NCBI GenBank assembly: GCA_016182185.1
Contig: JACOXU010000001.1
Location: forward strand, 402,915 to 466,914
Source of the DNA: Candidatus Levyibacteriota bacterium
GTDB lineage: Bacteria > Patescibacteriota > Microgenomatia > Levybacterales > UBA12049
Direction of reading: 5' to 3'
DNA length: 64,000 nucleotides
Shown here: in pieces, positions 56,955 through 64,000 of the stretch
Layout: the number at the start of each line of letters is the position of its first letter
Position numbering within the stretch: position 1 is the first letter of the stretch
Program-made: the position numbers and the translations under genes
Notes under the pieces: generated by a model
What the model saw: the letters and a program-made list of their open reading frames with translations, nothing else
Told to the model about the DNA's origin: nothing
Databases searched by the model: none

Positions 56955-58805
56955 ATGAAGGCAAAAGACATAGTTGACAAATATATTTCTTTTTTTGAAA
57001 AACGCGGACATAAAAGAATTGCCAACTCGCCTCTTGTACCGCAAAATGACCCCACCACTCTTTTCACTTCATCCGGTATGCAGCCGCTGATCCAATATTT
57101 CTTAGGTGAAATTCATCCCCAAGGAAAAAGATTAGTTAATGTACAAAATTGCTTCCGGGCAGCCGATATCGATGAAATAGGAGATAACCGTCATACCACT
57201 TTTTTCCGAATGCTTGGAAATTGGTCACTCGGAGATCCTGCCCGCAATGCTTCGCAACGCGATGCAGGCGGGTATTTCAAGAAAGAACAACTTAAATGGT
57301 ACTGGGAATTTTTAACAAAAGAAATTGGTCTTCTAAAAGAAAAACTTTATGTAACTATCTTCAACGGTTTTAATGATATCTCCAAAGATAATGAATCTTT
57401 AAAGATCTGGACAGAAATTTTTGAAAAAGAAGGTTTAAATGCAAATGAGCGAATTTTTCATTACGGAGCAGATAAAAATTGGTGGTCAAGAGCAGGTGAA
57501 CCAGAAAAAATGCCCGAGGGGGAACCAGGTGGACCGGACAGCGAGGTCTTTTATTTATTTGATGTTGCCCATGACAAAAAATATGGAAAAGAATGTCATC
57601 CGAATTGCCAATGCGGACGTTTTATGGAAATCGGCAACTCGGTCTTTATGGAATATCAAAAAACAAAGGATAATAAGTTCAAACCGCTCCCGCAAAAAAA
57701 TGTTGATTTCGGAGGAGGCGTGGAAAGACTTTTGGCAGCTGTCGAAGACCAAAATGATGTATTTCAAACATCTCTATTTTTACCAATCGTAAAGAGCATC
57801 GAAAGAGTTTCTGAAAAAGATTATCGATCTAACCATAAGACAATGCAGATTATTGCTGACCATCTCGTTGCAGCAGTTTTTATAACAGCGGCCGGAATAG
57901 CACCTTCAAATAAAGAACAAGGGTATATCCTTCGAAGGCTTATACGAAGAGGTCTGGATAATTTTTATAAACTTGAGGGAAAAGATATTAAAACAATTCT
58001 TACATCGATTGTTGATCAGTATAAAGAGACTGATCCCCCTCTTTTAGTAGACTTTGAAAAAATAAAATTGACGATTATTGAAGAAGAACAGATTTACAAA
58101 AGTACACTTTCTCGTGCCAAAAGTTACATTGAAAAAAAATATCCCTCGACGGGTTCAGAACAAGTCGGAGACGAAATAAAGGGAGTAAGAAAAATCTTAT
58201 CAGATGATGCATTTATTCTTTATTCAACTCATGGACTTTCTCCTACTCAGATAAAAAGTCTGGGATTTTTATTTGACGAGCAAAAATTTGCAGAAAAAAT
58301 GAAAGAACATCAAAAAGTTTCCCGCAAAGGTGCTGAAAAAAAATTCAGAGGGGGCCTTGCAGACCATTCTGAAAAAACAATTATGGGACACACAGCGACT
58401 CATCTTCTCCATCAGGCTTTAAGAGATATCCTGGGAAAACATGTTTTCCAAACCGGTTCAAATATAACAAATGAGAGAGTAAGGTTTGATTTTAATTTTG
58501 AAAGAAAATTAACAGATGAAGAAATTAAAAAAGTTGAAAACATTATAAATGAAAAGATAAAAGAAAATCTTCCCGTCCATTTTGAAATAATGACACTTGA
58601 TAGGGCTCAAAAATTAGGAGCAATTGGACTCTTTGATGAAAAATACGAAGATAAAGTAAAAATATATTTTATAGGAAACTATTCAAAAGAGTTTTGCGGA
58701 GGGCCTCATGTTGAGTTTACAGGAATATTAAAAAGGTTTAAGATATTAAAGCAGGAAAACATCGGACACGGACAAAGACGAATATACAGCCAAGTATTCG
58801 ACTAA
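56955..58805 (+). CDS. alaS: Alanyl-tRNA synthetase, short form (616 aa; catalytic and editing domains, no C-Ala domain)
   Basis: The N-terminus PLVPQNDPTTLFTSSGMQP...RHTTFFRMLGNWSLGD identifies the class II AlaRS. Editing-domain motifs TATHLLH and CGGPHV are present. Confidence 0.85.
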   Translation: MKAKDIVDKYISFFEKRGHKRIANSPLVPQNDPTTLFTSSGMQPLIQYFLGEIHPQGKRLVNVQNCFRAADIDEIGDNRHTTFFRMLGNWSLGDPARNASQRDAGGYFKKEQLKWYWEFLTKEIGLLKEKLYVTIFNGFNDISKDNESLKIWTEIFEKEGLNANERIFHYGADKNWWSRAGEPEKMPEGEPGGPDSEVFYLFDVAHDKKYGKECHPNCQCGRFMEIGNSVFMEYQKTKDNKFKPLPQKNVDFGGGVERLLAAVEDQNDVFQTSLFLPIVKSIERVSEKDYRSNHKTMQIIADHLVAAVFITAAGIAPSNKEQGYILRRLIRRGLDNFYKLEGKDIKTILTSIVDQYKETDPPLLVDFEKIKLTIIEEEQIYKSTLSRAKSYIEKKYPSTGSEQVGDEIKGVRKILSDDAFILYSTHGLSPTQIKSLGFLFDEQKFAEKMKEHQKVSRKGAEKKFRGGLADHSEKTIMGHTATHLLHQALRDILGKHVFQTGSNITNERVRFDFNFERKLTDEEIKKVENIINEKIKENLPVHFEIMTLDRAQKLGAIGLFDEKYEDKVKIYFIGNYSKEFCGGPHVEFTGILKRFKILKQENIGHGQRRIYSQVFD

Positions 58806-58806
58806 T

Positions 58807-61080
58807 ATGAAACTGCCATTTGCTTTACCAAAGCAGAAAGAAAAACCTGAATATTTTCTGGCTCTGGTTCTCAGAAACGAGCTTGTAAATGCTGTTGTAT
58901 TTGAAGTCTTGGCGGGAAAAATAAAGGTTGTAGGACAACACAAAGAACAATTCGATAATCTGATCGAAGAAACGCCGCTTGAGGAACTACTCCAGAAAAC
59001 TGATAAAGCAATATCAACTATTGAATCGTCTCTGTCTGAATCGGTTGAAACCATAAAAACTATTTTTGGAATTAAGGAAAGTTGGACAGAAGATAACAAA
59101 ATTAAAAAAGACTATCTTCTGAAGCTCAAAAGAGTTTCAGATGAATTAGGCCTTGCTCCAATTGGGTTCATAATTATTTTTGAAGCCATTGCTCATCTTA
59201 TTCAGAAAGAAGAAGGAGCTCCTGCTACACTCATTTTGGTCGAAACCGGTAAAAAAATTGTTTCAGTTGCTCTGATTCGCGGCGGGAAAATAACCGAAAT
59301 CAGAAGCTCCGAGCCTCTTGAAAATATCCCCTTGACAGTAGATACAATTCTTAAACACTTTACCTCAATAGAAGTTTTACCCGCTAGAATTGTAGTTTTT
59401 GATGGAGATGAGGATAGAAGTCAAGAATTTATCAACCACAGGTGGAGTAAAACACTGCCTTTCCTCCATCTCCCTCAGGTCTCGACCCTTTCTCCTGAAT
59501 TTGACGCAAGAGCTTTAGTGTTTGGAGCGGCAACTCAAATGGGATTTGAGGTCCTCGGCGACTTGACCCAAGAGAAAACTGAAGAAGAAATAAAACCTTT
59601 GGAATCCGAAAAGATTCCTGATAATCAAGAGGAATTTGAACATATCGAGGGAAAAATAACACAAGTTGGAAAAGAAAGTTCAATGGAATATTTCGGATTT
59701 ATTAAAGATAAGGATATAACCAAAGTTCCTTCACCCGCCAAACAAGATGAAACTTCAAGAGTTCCTGATCAAATCTTAGAGGATCAAATATCCGAAATTC
59801 CTGAAGAGGTACAGCTTAAAGAAAAGAGCATGCAGTTTCCTGTACTTGCTAATTCGCTATTTTTAATTATTAAATCCATTGCCCAGCAATTATTTCTTGC
59901 CCTAAAAAAAATTCCAGTTAAAAAGGTTTTTTCCAATCTGCCTGTATTTTTTTCTGGAAGACTCGCTCTTTTAATCCCGGTCATTCTAGGATTGGTTCTT
60001 ATCATTTTGGCATATGTATTTATCCCTCGCGCAACTGTTTCTATCGGGATTGATCCTAAAATTGTTAAACAAGATCAAAATATTATTTTTTCGACTTCCT
60101 CAAAGACTGATCCATCAAATAATATTGTTTCTGCAGAATTAGTCTCGATTTCTGAAGAAGGAACTATAACCACTTCGGCCACAGGGAAAAAAGAGGTTGG
60201 AACCAAGGCAAAAGGAACAGTAACTATATTTAATAATTCCTCAAAGACTGAAACTCTTCCTTCAGGAACCAAATTAACATCAGCAAATGGTCCCGAATTT
60301 ACCACAGACAAAAGCGTGACAGTTGCTTCTGCATCTGGAGATATTTTTACCGGAACAACACCCGGAAAAGCAAACATTTCAGTTACTTCCTCAGAAATAG
60401 GCAATGAGTATAATCTTCCTTCAAATACCAAACTTTCCGTAAGCGGGAGCTCAACAATTGCTGCCAAAAATGATGATCCCTTTTCAGGTGGAACAAAAAA
60501 AGAAATTAAAGTGGTTTCGAAAGAAGATATTGAAAAACTAACTGAAGAACTGCCTAAAAATCTAGAAAAAAAGGCAAAAGATGACCTCTCAAAAAAAATA
60601 TCAGATGATAAGGTACTGCTGCCCCAGTTTATTAATCAAAGTCTTAAAGATAAAGATTTTAATAAAGATGTTGGCGATGAAGCATCTCAAGTAACTTTAA
60701 AAGCAGTTGTTGAATATCAAGGAATTTCTTATGCGAAAAAAGATTTGTTAATCTTCTCTGATACTTTGGTTAGAAATCAAGCATCCGCCGATTTAGTTAT
60801 TGATCCTGACAATTTAAGGGTTGAAGTCAAAGACATCAAACAAACAGATGACAACGAAACTTCTGCAAATCTGAATATTATCGCATCTCTTAAGCCAAAG
60901 ATTGATGAAACAAAATTGAAAAAAGACTTAGCAGGAAAATCTTTTGAGAATGCTGAAAAATTAATTCTTGAAATTAATCAAGTGTCAGACGTTAATTTTT
61001 CTCTCAATATACCCTTCCTTCCCAAAAGGATCCCATTTATGGCAGGCAGTATAAAACTGAACTTTATTACTAATGACTAA
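58807..61080 (+). CDS. Large membrane protein with a cytoplasmic N-domain, one transmembrane segment and a Ser/Thr-rich ectodomain
   Basis: The transmembrane segment LALLIPVILGLVLIILAYVFI lies near residue 380. The N-domain is possibly actin-like (PilM/FtsA-like), which is a weak call. The gene overlaps the sortase gene by 8 nt. Confidence 0.4.
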   Translation: MKLPFALPKQKEKPEYFLALVLRNELVNAVVFEVLAGKIKVVGQHKEQFDNLIEETPLEELLQKTDKAISTIESSLSESVETIKTIFGIKESWTEDNKIKKDYLLKLKRVSDELGLAPIGFIIIFEAIAHLIQKEEGAPATLILVETGKKIVSVALIRGGKITEIRSSEPLENIPLTVDTILKHFTSIEVLPARIVVFDGDEDRSQEFINHRWSKTLPFLHLPQVSTLSPEFDARALVFGAATQMGFEVLGDLTQEKTEEEIKPLESEKIPDNQEEFEHIEGKITQVGKESSMEYFGFIKDKDITKVPSPAKQDETSRVPDQILEDQISEIPEEVQLKEKSMQFPVLANSLFLIIKSIAQQLFLALKKIPVKKVFSNLPVFFSGRLALLIPVILGLVLIILAYVFIPRATVSIGIDPKIVKQDQNIIFSTSSKTDPSNNIVSAELVSISEEGTITTSATGKKEVGTKAKGTVTIFNNSSKTETLPSGTKLTSANGPEFTTDKSVTVASASGDIFTGTTPGKANISVTSSEIGNEYNLPSNTKLSVSGSSTIAAKNDDPFSGGTKKEIKVVSKEDIEKLTEELPKNLEKKAKDDLSKKISDDKVLLPQFINQSLKDKDFNKDVGDEASQVTLKAVVEYQGISYAKKDLLIFSDTLVRNQASADLVIDPDNLRVEVKDIKQTDDNETSANLNIIASLKPKIDETKLKKDLAGKSFENAEKLILEINQVSDVNFSLNIPFLPKRIPFMAGSIKLNFITND

Positions 61081-61810
61081 GTATTACTATCAGAAGGTCG
61101 ATAAAAAAAAGAGAAAAAAGATCTTCAGAGTTTTAGGTTTTTTAATTTTTACAATCGGATTTTTTCTGGTACTTTATATATTCTATCCGCTTATTTCATG
61201 GCAAATTTATTTTGCTCCATATTATGCGCAAGCCACTTTCCGGACCCCAATTCCTAAAACAACTGTAGTTGATCCAACTCTTATTGGAGGACTAATTTCT
61301 CAAGCAGGTAATGTAATTTCAGGAATTGATTATACAAATGCTCAAAATTGGTTCCCAAATTACAACCCTCAAGATGCAAATAGAAAGGGCTTTCAAGTCC
61401 CTTCCTATATAATCTCTATACCAAAGCTTGGTATAAAAGACGCAGTTGTATCAACAATAGACTACGATCTTGCCAAGCATTTAATTCAGTATCCAACCAC
61501 TGCGATTCCTCCTGAAAAAGGAACTGCTGTAATTTTCGGACATTCAACTCTTCCTCAGCTTTTTAATCCCAAAGATTATAAAACAATCTTTGCAACTGCC
61601 TACAAGCTTAAGGAACAAGATTCGATCTATATAACTGTAAATAAGATCACTTTTCTTTATAAAGTCTTTAACATTTCAGTGGTTGATCCTGAGGATACAT
61701 CTGTTTTCACTCAAGATTACAATAATTCTTATTTGACGCTCGTAACTTGCACGCCTCCCGGCACTGTTTGGAAAAGATTAATTATTAAATCCAGACTTGA
61801 GCGAATTTAA
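61073..61810 (+). CDS. Sortase family transpeptidase
   Basis: N-terminal transmembrane anchor, the His in VIFGHS, the TLxTC motif (LTLVTC), and a downstream Arg. Confidence 0.75.
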   Translation: MTKYYYQKVDKKKRKKIFRVLGFLIFTIGFFLVLYIFYPLISWQIYFAPYYAQATFRTPIPKTTVVDPTLIGGLISQAGNVISGIDYTNAQNWFPNYNPQDANRKGFQVPSYIISIPKLGIKDAVVSTIDYDLAKHLIQYPTTAIPPEKGTAVIFGHSTLPQLFNPKDYKTIFATAYKLKEQDSIYITVNKITFLYKVFNISVVDPEDTSVFTQDYNNSYLTLVTCTPPGTVWKRLIIKSRLERI

Positions 61811-61961
61811 TTTTATGGAAGAAAATAGACTGAAGGGTATATTGATTAATATCTGGCCCATGATTTATCGAATCTTAAATTCGATCCTGTATTTTATTAT
61901 CGGACTTATAAAAACAGTTCTGTCTATTGCTTTTAGACAGTTAAAACAAGGTGGTTAATTA

Positions 61962-63260
61962 ATGGATAAAGAAGAAAATAATTCTCCTGAGAAACTAAAT
62001 AGAGTTCTTGAGGCCATACGAAAAAAACTAGTTGGTAAACATCTTAATTACCAAGAAATCTATGCAATAATGGACGCTATCGCAAACAACAGTTTGGGAG
62101 ACATACTTACAACTTATTTTGCTGCCTCAGGTTACGCAGAAGGATTTTCAAACAGTGAACTTTATTATCTGACTCGAGCAATGGTTGAAACTGGAGAAAA
62201 ATTGGATTTCAACAAGAAAATTGTTGCAGATAAACATTCAATAGGTGGGGTGCCCGGAACCCGTACGACTCTCGTAGTCGTACCGATTGTTGCGGCTTGC
62301 GGTTTTATCATACCCAAAAGCTCATCAAGGGCTATAACATCCCCGGACGGCACTGCAGATGATATGGAAGTTATAGCGCCTGTCAATCTTTCGAAAGAAA
62401 AAATTTACAGTGTTGTAAAAAGAACGAACGGCTGCATAGTTTGGGGAGGAAGCTTCGGGATCGCCCCCGCAGATGATATTATTATCAATGTCGAAAAACC
62501 ACTTCTGTTTGAAAGTTATGATAAGATTTTGGTTTCAATAATGGCAAAGAAAATTGCCTTCGGATCAAATCATGTTGTTATTGATTTACCGTATGGAAAA
62601 ACTGTCAAAGTTCACACATTAAAAGATGCTAAGATTATTAAAAATAAATTTGAATTTTTAGCTAGAGAATTTAATATAAAAATAAAAGTGCTTCTTAGTA
62701 AAACAGAAGAACCGGCCGGCCGGGGAATTGGACCGATTCTTGAGACTCGGGATGCTCTTCGCATACTTCAACAAAAACCAGATCGACCTCTGGATCTTGA
62801 AGAAAAAAGTATTAATCTTGCAGGCCATCTGCTTGAACTTTGCCTCAGCGATTCTTCAGATGAGACGAAAGAAAATGTCAGAAAAAATTATGGCGACACA
62901 TTTTCTTGGGCAAGAAAAATTCTTGAAAATGGCCTTGCATTCCTTAAAATGCAAGGGATTATTAAAGCCCAGGGAGGAAATTCTGAGATAGACAGCGAGG
63001 ATTTAAAACCAGGTAAATTTGTCTATCATGTCAAAGCAAACAAAAACGGTATTGTCAAAAATATTAGTATAAAAAACCTGACTATTGTTGCGAAACTTCT
63101 GGGTGCGCCCAAAGAAAAGGGCGCGGGTGTATTTTTAGATAAAAAGATCGGTGAGAAAGCGGATAAAGACGACGTAATCTGTACTTTATACAGCGAAAAA
63201 GTGTATAATCTCAAGGAGGGGAAAAAATATTTTACCCGCTTTCCAATTATAAAAATTTAA
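61962..63260 (+). CDS. Thymidine phosphorylase / AMP phosphorylase family enzyme
   Basis: DKHSIGGVPGTRTTLVVVPIVAACGFIIPKSSSRAITSPDGTADDME matches DKHSTGGVGD...AACG..V.K.SGRGLGHTGGT.D. Confidence 0.8.
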   Translation: MDKEENNSPEKLNRVLEAIRKKLVGKHLNYQEIYAIMDAIANNSLGDILTTYFAASGYAEGFSNSELYYLTRAMVETGEKLDFNKKIVADKHSIGGVPGTRTTLVVVPIVAACGFIIPKSSSRAITSPDGTADDMEVIAPVNLSKEKIYSVVKRTNGCIVWGGSFGIAPADDIIINVEKPLLFESYDKILVSIMAKKIAFGSNHVVIDLPYGKTVKVHTLKDAKIIKNKFEFLAREFNIKIKVLLSKTEEPAGRGIGPILETRDALRILQQKPDRPLDLEEKSINLAGHLLELCLSDSSDETKENVRKNYGDTFSWARKILENGLAFLKMQGIIKAQGGNSEIDSEDLKPGKFVYHVKANKNGIVKNISIKNLTIVAKLLGAPKEKGAGVFLDKKIGEKADKDDVICTLYSEKVYNLKEGKKYFTRFPIIKI

Positions 63261-64000
63261 TGAAAAAGTTATCAATACTTTTAGCTCTTATTGTAATAAT
63301 TGGCACCGCTCTTTTTCTATGGTGGAAAAACGGAATCAGTCCGGTAAATCCCAAGAACAACACTCCACAAATTTTCGTAATTGCAAAGGGCGAAGGTATG
63401 AGAGAAATTGCCAACAGCCTTAAAAAAAATGGATTGATTAAAGATCCTATCGTATTTTTTCTTCTGACTAAAAAGACGGGCTATGATAAGAGAATACAAG
63501 CTGGAGATTTTCGCCTAAACCCATCTATGAGCATGTATTCAATAATTGAGGCTTTAACGCATGGAACGTTGGATATTTGGGTTACTATACCTGAAGGATT
63601 GAGAGCTTTGGAAATCTCAGATATTTTTAAAAAAGAACTGCCTACTTATAAACCGGAATGGGAAGAAACTCTCGTAGTAAATGAGGGGTACTTATTTCCG
63701 GATACGTATTTAATCCCAAAAGATGCCAATATTGATGTAGTTTTGTCTTTAATGAAAGGAAATTTCGATAGGAAATACGAAACGATTGAAACAAATAAGT
63801 CGAATTTCAATCAAAATGAAATTGTAACAATTGCTTCTATGATCGAGCGAGAGGCCCGATATCAGAACGATCGACCTCTCGTTGCAAGCGTCATAGCAAA
63901 TCGATTAGAGATAGGCATGAAGCTTGATATTGACGCAACTGTTCAATACGCATTGGGTTCGGTAGAAAACAAAAATAGATGGAAAAAAAATCTAACATTT
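63260..64000 (+). CDS. mltG: Endolytic murein transglycosylase MltG (YceG-like), 3'-partial
   Basis: The translation is MKKLSILLALIVIIGTALFLWWKNG...IPEGLRALEISDIF...ASMIEREARYQNDRPLVASVIANRLEIGMKLDIDATVQY. The ORF runs off the end of the window and the ORF track missed it. Confidence 0.75.
   Translation, partial: MKKLSILLALIVIIGTALFLWWKNGISPVNPKNNTPQIFVIAKGEGMREIANSLKKNGLIKDPIVFFLLTKKTGYDKRIQAGDFRLNPSMSMYSIIEALTHGTLDIWVTIPEGLRALEISDIFKKELPTYKPEWEETLVVNEGYLFPDTYLIPKDANIDVVLSLMKGNFDRKYETIETNKSNFNQNEIVTIASMIEREARYQNDRPLVASVIANRLEIGMKLDIDATVQYALGSVENKNRWKKNLTF

Noticed and set aside
1-64000. CRISPR arrays, rRNA genes, transposases or integrases, and phage genes.
   Set aside because: None was detectable by reading the sequence. 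The only repeat found is the palindromic element of about 115 bp, in two copies.

Overview
This is a low-GC window of about 35% GC that looks like a small-genome bacterium, and the gene content is consistent with a CPR/Patescibacteria-like lineage, although that placement is inference only. Ribosomal protein L30 is absent between rpsE and rplO. Several ribosomal proteins carry extensions or truncations: L3 has a C-terminal acidic tail, L4 an N-terminal extension, L24 a C4 zinc ribbon, and L2 lacks its N-terminal segment. AlaRS is a short form.

The core of the window is the rpoB-rpoC / str / S10 / spc / alpha ribosomal superoperon, all on the minus strand: rpoB, rpoC, rpsL, rpsG, fusA, tuf, rpsJ, rplC through rplQ, with secY, adk, map, infA and rpmJ in their usual places. 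Flanking it are the following.
- A 5'-partial UvrD-like helicase-nuclease.
- An RNase P RNA missed by the ORF track.
- An AI-2E transporter and an ABC-2 exporter operon.
- HU, RNase Y and acylphosphatase.
- recA-recX and a tRNA-Pro(GGG).
- An isoprenoid cluster: a DprE1-like FAD oxidase, UppS, a trans-prenyl synthase, an IDI-like Nudix protein whose catalytic Cys is replaced by Ser, and isopentenyl phosphate kinase.
- YjbQ, a DUF763 protein, Tag glycosylase, a DUF2207 protein and an FKBP.
- A short AlaRS, a large membrane protein with a sortase, a thymidine/AMP phosphorylase-family enzyme, and MltG (3'-partial).

The most unusual observations are the following.
1. The normally invariant str-S10 gene order is interrupted at four junctions by accessory genes that carry their own promoters.
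   - rpsG / fusA: a polymerase-beta-type nucleotidyltransferase and a convergent alpha/beta hydrolase.
   - fusA / tuf: two tandem cupin-like paralogs.
   - tuf / rpsJ: a tightly packed array of small paralogous ORFs, one of them frameshifted, preceded by a structured RNA-like element.
   - rpsJ / rplC: a YkgJ-family Cys-rich protein, followed by a new promoter and an attenuator-like hairpin.
2. A palindromic repeat of about 115-125 bp with terminal inverted repeats is present in two copies. One sits in-frame inside map, where it encodes an insertion of about 40 aa. The other is intergenic, downstream of rny. This resembles the Rickettsia palindromic elements.
3. Several genes have -10 boxes that abut their start codons, which suggests leaderless transcripts.
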